Notes: generated by a model from the sequence alone, not told the origin. DNA of 64,000 nucleotides from Bacillota bacterium (GCA_021287065.1 JAJTBE010000201.1:7728-71727), one strand, 5' to 3'. Counted from the stretch's first letter, positions 36,905 through 46,092 are shown. Numbers and translations: made by a program.

Positions 36905-38325
36905 TATTTCAGGAAGCTGAAGAAACCTTTGGATTCCTTCTTTTCATCGGCGGCTTCTTCAATATCTCCATCCTCTTCGTCAGCAGGAGGCGGAGGGACT
37001 CCGGGTTTTACATCTTCAGGAAGATCCACATCACCGAGAATCTCTATCTTCATACCTTTTGTAATTTCTGCAGTGGAGAGAATTCCCAGATGGGGGAAAT
37101 TAAGTTCCGTAAGTTTTCTTACATAAAGGCGGGAAGGGGGATCGCAGAATATTACCTGCGGGTTTTTATAATCTTCGAGGGTCTTTCTGATATTGCGGAT
37201 AATCGCATCAGCTTCTTCCGCCGTAAGGGTGAGCCTGACTCCGAATTTTGTATCTCTTATGCTATACTGGATTTTCTCCTCAAATTTTCTGGAAAGGACA
37301 AGGGCGGGGATTTTCCCTTCCTCATTGAGATAAGTCCAGCAAATCTGCCTTGCCAGAGCCATTCTTACTATTTCAGTCATTTTATCGGTTTTGTGCAGTT
37401 CTTCCTCGTGATCGCCGAGGGTTTCCATAATGGTAACAAGATCCCTTATACTTACCCGTTCGCTCATCAGATTGCGGAGAATCTGTCTTACGAGGCGGAT
37501 TTTCTTTTTATCATTTACAAAATCCTCAACAACAACAGGATGAGACTGCATAAGTTTATCAAGAAGAATTTTCACTTCCTGAAGGCCCAGAAGTTCCTTC
37601 AGGTTTGAAATTACAGCTTCTCTCAAATGGGTTATGATTACATTCAGTGATCCCATCAGTATGCAGCCTGCCACTTCCGCTTCATCTTTCTGGGCGAACT
37701 CAATCCATTTTGCCGGGCTGTTGAAAGCTGGATCCTTTGTGGACCACCCTTTCAACGCAGCAAGGCTTTCAGCAGGTCCCAGAGCAAGAAATCTGTCGAG
37801 GAAAACTTCGCCTGCGGAGATAGGGGTTTCCTTGATGTAAATTACATAATTATTCTGAGGAAGAGTGAGATTGTCGCTGATTCTTATACCCGGCGTGATA
37901 AAACCGGTAACGCGGACTATATCTTTTCTGAGTCCTTTCACCATCTCCACCAGAGGCGCACCCTGTCCGGGATCAACGAGAGGCAGAAGGTTTAAGCCAA
38001 CTTCGAGCCTGATAAGATCTCTTTCGAAAAACTCATCCCCTTCTTCCTTGCCCGTTCCGTCAAATTCCACCGAAACTTCACCCTGTGGACACCATCCGTC
38101 ATTGGTGAGTTTGAAAACAGCTTTCCGCATTTCCGCTTCCAGATCATCTCTTTCACCCATATAAAGAAATGCATTTTCGTTGTTTTTCTGAATTTTCAGG
38201 AAATTCTGGCCGCCCATTTCACCAGCTTCCCATGGTGAAAATTCCGGTTCTTCTCCCGGAGGATGAAAAACGGTCAGTTTTATCTCAGATTTGATAAGTC
38301 TGTTTTTTTTCTCGGTTTTTTCCAT
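36904..38325 (-). CDS. FlhA/FHIPEP cytoplasmic-domain homolog lacking the transmembrane export-gate domain
   Basis: GIRISDNLTLPQNNYVIYIKETPISAGEV, KDPAFNSPAKWI and VSIRDLVTIMETLGDH align with FlhA-C. The N-terminal 110 aa or so is unrelated and soluble. Its stop overlaps the next gene's start (TAGTG). Confidence 0.7.
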   Translation of the reverse strand: MEKTEKKNRLIKSEIKLTVFHPPGEEPEFSPWEAGEMGGQNFLKIQKNNENAFLYMGERDDLEAEMRKAVFKLTNDGWCPQGEVSVEFDGTGKEEGDEFFERDLIRLEVGLNLLPLVDPGQGAPLVEMVKGLRKDIVRVTGFITPGIRISDNLTLPQNNYVIYIKETPISAGEVFLDRFLALGPAESLAALKGWSTKDPAFNSPAKWIEFAQKDEAEVAGCILMGSLNVIITHLREAVISNLKELLGLQEVKILLDKLMQSHPVVVEDFVNDKKKIRLVRQILRNLMSERVSIRDLVTIMETLGDHEEELHKTDKMTEIVRMALARQICWTYLNEEGKIPALVLSRKFEEKIQYSIRDTKFGVRLTLTAEEADAIIRNIRKTLEDYKNPQVIFCDPPSRLYVRKLTELNFPHLGILSTAEITKGMKIEILGDVDLPEDVKPGVPPPPADEEDGDIEEAADEKKESKGFFSFLK

Positions 38326-38351
38326 GCTGCTTTTCCTTTCGGATAATTATG

Positions 38352-39089
38352 TTATTCCGGTTTCCGTGCAACTATGCATATTCGGCGTGAAAAAGTCTGA
38401 AGGGGCTGATCTCCGTCGCCGTAAACATTCAGTATTTCAAAACCCGCTGATTTGAACATTGCAATAAGTTCGTAAGCGGTGTAGCTTCTGTGGTCAAGCA
38501 TCCTCTCGGTAATTCTGCCATCAGGAGAAACAATGGTATGAACGGCACTCATTCTGCCTGTGAGTGGATCGTATTTTCTCTCCTCCACAAACATTGTGCC
38601 GTCTTCAAGCCTTGTAACACATGCAGGCTGGAACTGCTTCAGAATGGCGTCCCGGTTGCCGATGTCGAGAAGGATTCTGCCTCCGGGCTTCAGCACTGTA
38701 AAGAAATTTAACAGTGTCTTCTCATTCTCCTCATCACTGAAATATCCAAAGCTTGTAAAATAATTGAACAGTATGTCAAATTTTTTATCAATGTTCAGAA
38801 AACGCATATCGGCGTGGATAATCTCAAAGGGAGCATTATGTTCAACCATAAGCCTCTCTGCGAAATCGATCTGGGTCTGGCTGTATTCAACACCTGTAAC
38901 CTTATACCCGCGCTTTGTCAGCTCGATGGAGTGCCTGCCGAAGCCGCAGGGTATATCGAGAATATCCAGTTCAGGAGTGAGACCGAGGAGGTGCGTTATA
39001 AGATCCGCATCCCGGGATGTTCTCTCCCAATTGAGATGAGTGTATGTTTTCAGATAGGAATCATCAAAAAAATCATCAAACCAAGCCAT
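38352..39089 (-). CDS. Class I SAM-dependent methyltransferase
   Basis: Motif I ILDIPCGFGRHSIEL, VTGVEYS, and motif post-II ILLDIGN. Confidence 0.85.
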   Translation of the reverse strand: MAWFDDFFDDSYLKTYTHLNWERTSRDADLITHLLGLTPELDILDIPCGFGRHSIELTKRGYKVTGVEYSQTQIDFAERLMVEHNAPFEIIHADMRFLNIDKKFDILFNYFTSFGYFSDEENEKTLLNFFTVLKPGGRILLDIGNRDAILKQFQPACVTRLEDGTMFVEERKYDPLTGRMSAVHTIVSPDGRITERMLDHRSYTAYELIAMFKSAGFEILNVYGDGDQPLQTFSRRICIVARKPE

Positions 39090-39160
39090 AATACCCCCTC
39101 CTTGCGTGGTGTCCTTTAAAACCTATTTCGCTGCACCGTTTAAATACCCTCCGGTACATG

Positions 39161-39188
39161 TAAAAAGAGCCGGAATATCCGGCTCTTT
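39161..39188 (-). terminator. Rho-independent terminator downstream of the NlpC/P60 gene
   Basis: Minus strand reads AAAGAGCCGG-ATAT-TCCGGCTCTTTTT. Confidence 0.65.
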
Positions 39189-39209
39189 GTAAAACGGTTT
39201 GATTCAGTA

Positions 39210-40094
39210 TTAATAACGGGCGGCGCCGCGGTATCTGCTGGTGTAATAAGCTTCACCGAGACAATCGACTCTGACTGCACCCTTGCTGGAAGCGTGGATG
39301 AAGTTGTTGTTGCCGATGTAGATTCCGCAGTGTGAAACGCCTACAGTGTATGTCTCAAAGAATACCAGGTCGCCGGGTCTGAGCTGGCTTTTTGCCACTG
39401 GTGTTCCGGCATAGAACTGGTGGTGCGCCATACGGGGAATTTTGATTCCGTTCTGGGCATAGACATACTGGATAAATCCTGAGCAGTCGAATCCGCTGGT
39501 TGTTGTTCCTCCGAACACATAGGGTACGCCAAGATATCTGAATGCGGTTCTTACGATTGCGTTTCCGCCGGTTTCCATATTGAGGTGGCGGCTTGAATAT
39601 CTGCTTTTATACTTGCTTCTGTAGTTAACAGCTTCACTGCAGTTATATTCGTTTGAAACGCCTGTTCCCGCTGATGAATATGATCTGGGCGCCGAAGGAG
39701 CCAATGCGGTGCGGGGCTGGTATGTGGGAACCTTAATGGTTCTTCCGTCAACAGTCATCACATTTACATTTTTTTCTACAGGGGTCTGGTATTGGGGACC
39801 TGATCCGTGCACAATGAGGGTGTGGGTGCTGTATGAGTTGTTGTCGAGAGGAACTACATCCTCGGAGTCTTCAGGAATCATCAGAACCATACCGGCTTTG
39901 AGATCCTTTTCGTCTTCAAGGTCAGAGTTGGCTTTGAGTATAGCTTCCACGGGCACTTTGAACTCTTTGGAAATTTTCCAGATAGTGTCCTTAGCCTTAA
40001 CAGTATAAACAATTGCGCCGAAGCTGGTTCCGTTAAGCCCGGCAAGGAGCAGGAAGCAGCACGCTGCTATAAACCAGTTGGTCTTTTTCGACAA
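39210..40094 (-). CDS. LysM + NlpC/P60 peptidoglycan endopeptidase
   Basis: Signal peptide, LysM (YTVKAKDTIWKISKEFKVPVEAILKAN) and NlpC/P60 core (PYVFGGTTTSGFDCSGFIQYVY ... SHCGIYIG). Confidence 0.9.
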   Translation of the reverse strand: MSKKTNWFIAACCFLLLAGLNGTSFGAIVYTVKAKDTIWKISKEFKVPVEAILKANSDLEDEKDLKAGMVLMIPEDSEDVVPLDNNSYSTHTLIVHGSGPQYQTPVEKNVNVMTVDGRTIKVPTYQPRTALAPSAPRSYSSAGTGVSNEYNCSEAVNYRSKYKSRYSSRHLNMETGGNAIVRTAFRYLGVPYVFGGTTTSGFDCSGFIQYVYAQNGIKIPRMAHHQFYAGTPVAKSQLRPGDLVFFETYTVGVSHCGIYIGNNNFIHASSKGAVRVDCLGEAYYTSRYRGAARY

Positions 40095-40410
40095 AACTTA
40101 TTTCCTCCCTTGGCGTGTCTGTGTGTGCATATTGTGTCAATGGTGTGTATAAAACCCGGTAGCCAAATTGTAACCGGGGTGTTTCCAATATGTAATATTA
40201 ATTCTTATGAAGTAAATGAAATCCTTCCCAATTATACTTTAGTATAATTTTTTTTCAGACTTTTTACAATCGGCTCATTCAGGCATCAAACCTGAGTTTT
40301 TACCAATTGGCTCTATCCCTGAAGGAGATATGCTTCACATGGAAAAATACTAACATAGGAACAACATTAACATGTAAACCGTTTTTCACTTTTTATTAGG
40401 GAGGACCCAA

Positions 40411-40629
40411 ATGGCAGCAAACGACAGAGGAGTATGCCCCTTTTCACACGACTACAGGCAGTGTTACGAACAGTGCGCCCTTTACGCAGCGGCGATAGGA
40501 AAATGTTCATTCTTTGTTTCCGCCATGCTTCTGGAAGATCTTCAGAAAATAGCAATCGTTTCTTACGAGAAATTTGTAAGGGAAGAAGAAAAAGTTCTCA
40601 GGGAAGCAGTTGAAGATAAAGAAAGCTGA
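40411..40629 (+). CDS. Small Cys-containing hypothetical protein (72 aa)
   Basis: GGGAGGA RBS 6 nt upstream of the ATG. No recognisable family. Confidence 0.4.
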   Translation: MAANDRGVCPFSHDYRQCYEQCALYAAAIGKCSFFVSAMLLEDLQKIAIVSYEKFVREEEKVLREAVEDKES

Positions 40630-40759
40630 TAAAATATCAAATTTTCAATAACTGAATAATTTTATATCGAAAGCATCATGCAAATGAGGTTGGGGCAGAC
40701 GCTTATTCGGGTTGTTTGTATTTGCAAAAAAATATCAGATAAAAAAGGCAGGGAAAATT

Positions 40760-41476
40760 ATGCAAACGGAGCCGATTAAAGATTATATTCCGCCGGAATA
40801 CCCCGAAGCAGATAAAATTAAAGATAAAAAGAAATTTTTAGCCGGATGTATTCCTGACAAATGGAAAAAAGTAATAATTACGGCAGGTGCAGTTGTTTTG
40901 ATTTCCGGAAGTTTAATGCTGCACGATTCGCAGAAAAGCTGCTGCATTAAAGAATCAGCGGGAAGCTGTTTTGTGGAAGCAACACAACAGAATGCAGCAC
41001 ATATATGGGAATCTTTATCGGGAAAGTTTGATTCGATATTCAATAAAAACAAATATGCCGGTATCCTCGGAGACATTGTTCTGCCTGATCAGAAACGGGA
41101 AACTGATGTAAGAAGAGCGGTCGAAGAGGAATTTCTGAAACAGGGCATAGTTTTTGATGACAGCAGCTATAATGCCGGAGATGATAACACACCTCTATAC
41201 CTTGATTCGTTTTCTTCAAAAGACAGAATCGGATATAAATTCATTGATACTGAGAATCGAAGCGAAATCGCAAAATGGGGCAATATCAAGGAAGGCACGT
41301 TGATAACCCTGAAAGATAATGCGGATTTTCTTGAGAAAGAACTACTGAAGCAAAAACAGATAAAATGCGCAGTTATTATTGTTCCTGTAAAACTGAAACT
41401 GCCTGTGTTGTTTTTGCCAAATGCGGATAAAGAGTTGGAAAGTTTTAAGAAAACAATCAGGGTTCCGGAGAAATGA
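40760..41476 (+). CDS. Hypothetical membrane-anchored protein
   Basis: Single TM helix (VIITAGAVVLISGSLML) after a charged N-terminus. Start set at the internal ATG 40760 of ORF 40712-41476. Confidence 0.5.
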   Translation: MQTEPIKDYIPPEYPEADKIKDKKKFLAGCIPDKWKKVIITAGAVVLISGSLMLHDSQKSCCIKESAGSCFVEATQQNAAHIWESLSGKFDSIFNKNKYAGILGDIVLPDQKRETDVRRAVEEEFLKQGIVFDDSSYNAGDDNTPLYLDSFSSKDRIGYKFIDTENRSEIAKWGNIKEGTLITLKDNADFLEKELLKQKQIKCAVIIVPVKLKLPVLFLPNADKELESFKKTIRVPEK

Positions 41477-41484
41477 ATGGGTAT

Positions 41485-41632
41485 CCGGGGGGCAGGCGGG
41501 ATGCCTGCGATCCGGCAGGTGTTGGCGAAGCTTGTGGTTATGAGGGGGGCTGACGGTTGGCGGTTGGTTTTGGGACCTGGGGGCAGGCGGGACGCCTGTG
41601 ATCCGGCAGGTGTTGGTCAAGCTTGTGGTTAT
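41485..41632. repeat. Family B-related partial repeats (2 x about 91 bp; H3 hairpin plus CTTGTGGTTAT arm only)
   Basis: GGGCAGGCGGGA[TC]GCCTG[CT]GATCCGGCAGGTGTTGG..AAGCTTGTGGTTAT occurs at 41490 and 41581 and matches the second half of the 17509-18290 units. Confidence 0.75.
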
Positions 41633-41879
41633 CCGATGTAGCTTTACCCACGATTATATAGTCTTTCCAATTATAGTCTTTCCAATTAACCAACCACAAA
41701 AACACTCTGTCAGGAAATTTGCCTGGCACCGGATTTTATGACCGATTTAATGGGATTACTATAATCGGGCTGGTTTCAGGTTTAATAAAAAACACCAAAC
41801 CAACTATGAAAAGGTCTGGTGTTGCGGGGAATTGTTATTTCACATTCCTTTTACCTGAAATATAGATTTAAAAAGAATG

Positions 41880-42662
41880 TTATATCTGCTTTTCTTCAGG
41901 TCCATCATATTCGTAGTCTTTGGGGTTGATTACGCGCATTGGTTTCTGGCGTTTGCGTTCTTCGGTTATGTGGGCGAGGAGGCCCGGCATTCTTGCCATC
42001 ATGAAGAATGCATTTCCCATTTCGGGGTCGAAGCCCATTTCGCAGAGGATTGATGCTATGGCGCCGTCAACATTGATGGGGAGGGATTTTCCCTTGATTT
42101 TGGCAATGGCGCTTTCCATAGCCCGCATCATTTTCACATAATTACCGTCAAATCCCAGCTCTTCCGCTATTTCATAGAGTTTTTTAGCTCTTGGATCGTT
42201 AGTGTGAACTCTGTGTCCGAAGCCGGGGAGTTTTTTCTTTGCCGCGAAGGCGTCTTCAACCGATTTGAAGCCTGCGTCTTCTATGGAAAGGTTGTTTTCT
42301 TCCTTCAGTTTCATTGCTTCGAGGAGCATTTTCTGACAGTTCTGTATTGCTCCGCCGTGATTCTGGTTTATGGAGAGAATCCCTGTTGCCAGAGCCTGGC
42401 TGAGGTTGCCTCCGGTGGAGACGCATGTCAGGGCTGCGAGGGTTGAGGGTGGTGTTACGCCATGATCGAGGGAGCTTACGAGAATGGTATCCATCATTCT
42501 GCCAAAGTTTGCATGAGGGAGTTCGCCTTTTAACAGGAGGTAAACTCCGTCGGAATAGGAGATTTTTCCCATCAGTTTATCTACGGGATAGCCATGTATC
42601 ATAATTTTGTTGGGTTCTATTTTAGTAACCGCTGTTTTCCATTCTGTGGCTGTTGTATTCAT
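41880..42662 (-). CDS. Citryl-CoA lyase-like protein (citrate synthase-fold, short form)
   Basis: About 260 aa with the citrate-synthase signature GFGHRVHTNDPRA, plus SLDHG and NQNHGGA. The size and layout match the Ccl/ACL C-terminal module. Confidence 0.7.
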   Translation of the reverse strand: MNTTATEWKTAVTKIEPNKIMIHGYPVDKLMGKISYSDGVYLLLKGELPHANFGRMMDTILVSSLDHGVTPPSTLAALTCVSTGGNLSQALATGILSINQNHGGAIQNCQKMLLEAMKLKEENNLSIEDAGFKSVEDAFAAKKKLPGFGHRVHTNDPRAKKLYEIAEELGFDGNYVKMMRAMESAIAKIKGKSLPINVDGAIASILCEMGFDPEMGNAFFMMARMPGLLAHITEERKRQKPMRVINPKDYEYDGPEEKQI

Positions 42663-42678
42663 ATCACACCTCTGCTGA

Positions 42679-43584
42679 TTATAATCCCATTTCTGCCAGT
42701 TTAGCCTTTACGGTTTTGGGTATATCGTCAAATTTATCAACTACTGTTGCGCCAACTTCCAGAAGGCGTTTAACCTTGCCGGCGTGGGTTCCCCTGTTGC
42801 CTTCCACTATAGCGCCTGCATGGGAGAATCTGGTTCCTTCCTTAGCGGCTTTGCCACCGATGAAAGCGACCAGAGGTTTGGTAAATTCTCCTTTTTCGAT
42901 GAGGTCTGCCACCTGTTCTTCCTGAGAACCGCCGATTTCGCCAAACATAACAACAAGTTTGGTTTCGGGGTCTTTTTCAAAGAGTTTTACAACTTCGGGA
43001 TGAGGCAAGCCAACTATGGAATCTCCGCCAACATGAACGATTGTGGTTTGTCCTATGCCTTCCTGATTGAGGTAATATGCCAGTGAGGAGGTCATTCCGC
43101 CTGAGCGGGAAGTAATGCCTACAGGTCCGGGTTTGAACCATTTTTTTGCTGTTTCTGCTCTTCCGCCCATCATGCCCAGCACTCCTTTTCCGGGGCTGAG
43201 AAGTCCGAGGGTGTTGGGTCCTGTAAAAGCTGCACCAGTCTGCTTTGCTCTGTGTGCAATTTCCATTACATCATAAACAGGCACTCTGTCGGGGACGATA
43301 ACCGCAAGTTTGACGCCTGCGTCAAAAGCTTCTATGGTTGCGCCTTTTACAAGGGGTGCAGGGACAAAAATAACACTAATGTCAATTTGTCCTATTTTTT
43401 CCACAGCTTCTTCAACACAGTCGAACACAGGGACGCCTTCAACCTCAGCTCCTCCCCTGCCCGGCGTGCAGCCTGCAACAACATTGGTTCCGTATCCCAT
43501 CATCAGTCTGGTTCTTGCCATGCCTTCTCTTCCGGTGATGCCCTGAACAAGAACTTTTTTGGTTTCATCTATAAGAATTGCCAT
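42679..43584 (-). CDS. Succinyl-CoA synthetase alpha-like CoA-ligase subunit (CcsB/SucD-like)
   Basis: VLVQGITGREG CoA-binding motif, ITSRSGG, phosphohistidine loop SHAGAI. Start set at the ATG after GCAGGAGGAAGAAA. Confidence 0.85.
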   Translation of the reverse strand: MAILIDETKKVLVQGITGREGMARTRLMMGYGTNVVAGCTPGRGGAEVEGVPVFDCVEEAVEKIGQIDISVIFVPAPLVKGATIEAFDAGVKLAVIVPDRVPVYDVMEIAHRAKQTGAAFTGPNTLGLLSPGKGVLGMMGGRAETAKKWFKPGPVGITSRSGGMTSSLAYYLNQEGIGQTTIVHVGGDSIVGLPHPEVVKLFEKDPETKLVVMFGEIGGSQEEQVADLIEKGEFTKPLVAFIGGKAAKEGTRFSHAGAIVEGNRGTHAGKVKRLLEVGATVVDKFDDIPKTVKAKLAEMGL

Positions 43585-43795
43585 TTTCTTCCTCCTGCAG
43601 CGGTTGTTCACATTTGGGTATTTTATAAGCTGGAATGGATTCCTTCCATATTCCTTCTTTATTCTTGCCTTATTTCATCCGTATTCAGCCCGGATTTTTC
43701 TTATATTTCATCCATGCTTTTATGAGAAAACGGGCATTTTCTGCAAGAAAACTGGTATAATAAAAATAGATATATTAAAAAAATGGGAGCGGGAT

Positions 43796-45943
43796 TTGCT
43801 GAACTTGCCTGAAAACACAGAAACAGCAGGAAAGCCTTCAGTGCTTCATATTGATGATGATGAATTTGCGCTGGATTTATTTAAGCTTAAGTATGGAAAA
43901 TGGTTTGATATAACTTCAGCGGAAAAAGGCACCACAGCACTGGAGTTGATAGCGGAAAAACATTTTGAGGTAATCATTACTGATTACGATATGCCTGAGT
44001 TAGACGGTTTGGGGCTGCTTCAGATTATTAATGAAAAGCATCCGGGGATTCCGGTAATTTTTTTCACCGGTCAGGGAAATGAGACTGTAGCCAGAGATGC
44101 TTTTCTCAACGGCGCATTCGATTATTTTGTCAAGGATTTCCATGCTTTTGCCCAGACAGAAAAGCTTATATATGCGGTAAAGAAAGCTCTGGATTCGAGA
44201 AAATCCGCTCAGGCTCTTGCGGAAAAGGATACCAGATACGCAGAGCTTATGGAAATTATCCCCCATGCCATTGTATTCACGGATTCTGAAAGAAATATAA
44301 GACTTGTCAACAGGCAGTTTGAGTCAATAACAGGAAATTCCGGAGATAAGTATTCAGGTGTAAAAATTGAGGAGATTTTCAATGGCGAAGACAGAGAAAA
44401 AATTCTCAGATTGTGGGAAAATCAGGAAAATTCAGGCAATGCCGAAGTTTGTAAAGTTAAACTTCCGGTGAGCTCCGGTGAATTTTACGAAACATTTCTT
44501 AAAATCCGCAAACATGCTTCAGGTTCAGAAAAAACAGAACTGCTATTTGTTTTCTCCCAACAGGAACCTAATGAAGAAAGCAGCACAAGGAAAAATCCGG
44601 AAATATCTACGCCTGAGCAGAAAAAGACAGCGACTCCCAAAACAAAAACGACACATATTGGCAAAATGGAAACCGGCGACAACGATTCAGCTCAGAAAAC
44701 CGCATTCAGAATAGCTCTGATTTATGCTGTTATCGGCGGATTATGGATACTCACATCCGATGGTATTCTTGGACTTTTATTTCAGGATCCGCATACAATA
44801 ACAACAATTTCCACATTCAAAGGATGGTTCTATGTCGGGGTTACAGCCTGGCTTCTGTATCTTTTAATAAGTACAAATGTGAAGCGGGTTTTTGAGACAA
44901 AGGAAATACTTGCAAAAGCTGAAGCAGCTAACAGAGCGATACTCGATTCCATACCGGATCCCATATTCAGGGTTTCCGGCGAAGGCAGGGTTACCGATAT
45001 AAGGGAAGGTAATAATTTTGCCTTGCTCACAGGGGGCAGGAAGCAAATCAAAGATATGTTTCTGGCTGATGCCAGCCCGGATGTGTATAAGGCAGGATGG
45101 GAATTTATCAGGAGGACTCTGGCATCAAATGAGCCTTCAATGTTTGAATTCAGGATGGAGACTCACGGAGGCGGAAAAATCGATTTTGAAGCCCGCATAA
45201 TTCCCGATTCTCATGGTGAAGCTATTCTTATTATACGGGAAATTACACTGCGTAAGGAAATGGAAAACCGTATGCTTGAGCAGAACAGGAGCCTGACTGA
45301 GTTTGCGGGCATAATAACCAATCGCCTGAAAACACCTATCGGGATTATAGGGGGCTTTACTTCAATTATCAGGGAGCAGAGAGAACTTTTTGACAAATAC
45401 TACGACGCCATTGTATCTGAAGTTGAGCGGATTAATGACATGATAAATAATCTGTTGAAAATGTCTTCAAAGGAAAATCCAAAGGAAAACAGAATAAATG
45501 TCCGGTTGAGGGATGCTCTTTCACTTGCTGCGTCTGAAACCGCCGGCGAGGATTTTATACTGAAAGTTGTGGCAGAAGATATAAAGCCGGAGATTTTTGT
45601 GGAACCGGAAGGTTTCACTCAGGCTCTCAAGGGAGTTCTGAGTTTTGCATATAGCCACTGGAAACACCCCGGGGAAGATTTCGCACTTGAAGTTTCGTAT
45701 GTAGTAACATCTGATCACAATTCGGTAATTTTTGATTTTGAAACCCAGGGGCTGACATCAGATTATATAAATCAGCTCTTTGATCCGTCGTTTTCAATTA
45801 AGCAGGGCGAAATGGAGTTTGGCCTTGTTCTTGCCCGGAGTGCCGTGGAGATTCAGGGCGGTAAAATGGACATTAAACTTGACGAATCCACAGGCAGGCT
45901 TACAGTGGATCTATGTTTTGAACCTAAGGATAAAAAATCCTGA
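43796..45943 (+). CDS. Receiver - PAS - 2TM - PAS - degenerate HisKA/HATPase (pseudo-histidine kinase)
   Basis: Intact receiver (DDDE, TDYDMPELDG, FFTGQG, FVKD). The H-box position reads ITNRLKTPI (His replaced by Asn) and the N/G1 boxes are degenerate. ORF-track start 43559 overlaps the divergent gene, so I prefer TTG 43796 after GGGAG (uncertain). Confidence 0.7.
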   Translation: MLNLPENTETAGKPSVLHIDDDEFALDLFKLKYGKWFDITSAEKGTTALELIAEKHFEVIITDYDMPELDGLGLLQIINEKHPGIPVIFFTGQGNETVARDAFLNGAFDYFVKDFHAFAQTEKLIYAVKKALDSRKSAQALAEKDTRYAELMEIIPHAIVFTDSERNIRLVNRQFESITGNSGDKYSGVKIEEIFNGEDREKILRLWENQENSGNAEVCKVKLPVSSGEFYETFLKIRKHASGSEKTELLFVFSQQEPNEESSTRKNPEISTPEQKKTATPKTKTTHIGKMETGDNDSAQKTAFRIALIYAVIGGLWILTSDGILGLLFQDPHTITTISTFKGWFYVGVTAWLLYLLISTNVKRVFETKEILAKAEAANRAILDSIPDPIFRVSGEGRVTDIREGNNFALLTGGRKQIKDMFLADASPDVYKAGWEFIRRTLASNEPSMFEFRMETHGGGKIDFEARIIPDSHGEAILIIREITLRKEMENRMLEQNRSLTEFAGIITNRLKTPIGIIGGFTSIIREQRELFDKYYDAIVSEVERINDMINNLLKMSSKENPKENRINVRLRDALSLAASETAGEDFILKVVAEDIKPEIFVEPEGFTQALKGVLSFAYSHWKHPGEDFALEVSYVVTSDHNSVIFDFETQGLTSDYINQLFDPSFSIKQGEMEFGLVLARSAVEIQGGKMDIKLDESTGRLTVDLCFEPKDKKS

Positions 45944-46092
45944 AAACAAAAAACCGGGGAGTTGACTCTCCCCTAAGGGGATACAATATCTTAAAAATAC
46001 TTACCTGAGAGGTGTCAGGTCCGGTTTCAGTGAGACACCTGAATCCGGAAAGTTTCAGGATAAGTAAATATTTTTGCGGGGAATTGCTGACT

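Noticed and set aside
36892-37608. 238-aa plus-strand ORF antisense to the FlhA-C-like gene
   Set aside because: The minus-strand frame shows strong FlhA homology. The plus frame has no recognisable features.
40095-40200. Possible c-di-AMP (ydaO-type) riboswitch upstream of the LysM/NlpC-P60 hydrolase
   Set aside because: Only one short hairpin (CCCGGT/ACCGGG) is present. I could not find the conserved ydaO pseudo-two-fold core motifs, so there is no support from sequence alone.
43559-43795. Upstream extension of the receiver-PAS gene to ATG 43559 as in the ORF track
   Set aside because: It would overlap the divergent ccsB-like gene start and its RBS, and it encodes Phe/Ile-rich junk. The receiver domain begins near 43840, so an internal TTG after GGGAG is more plausible.
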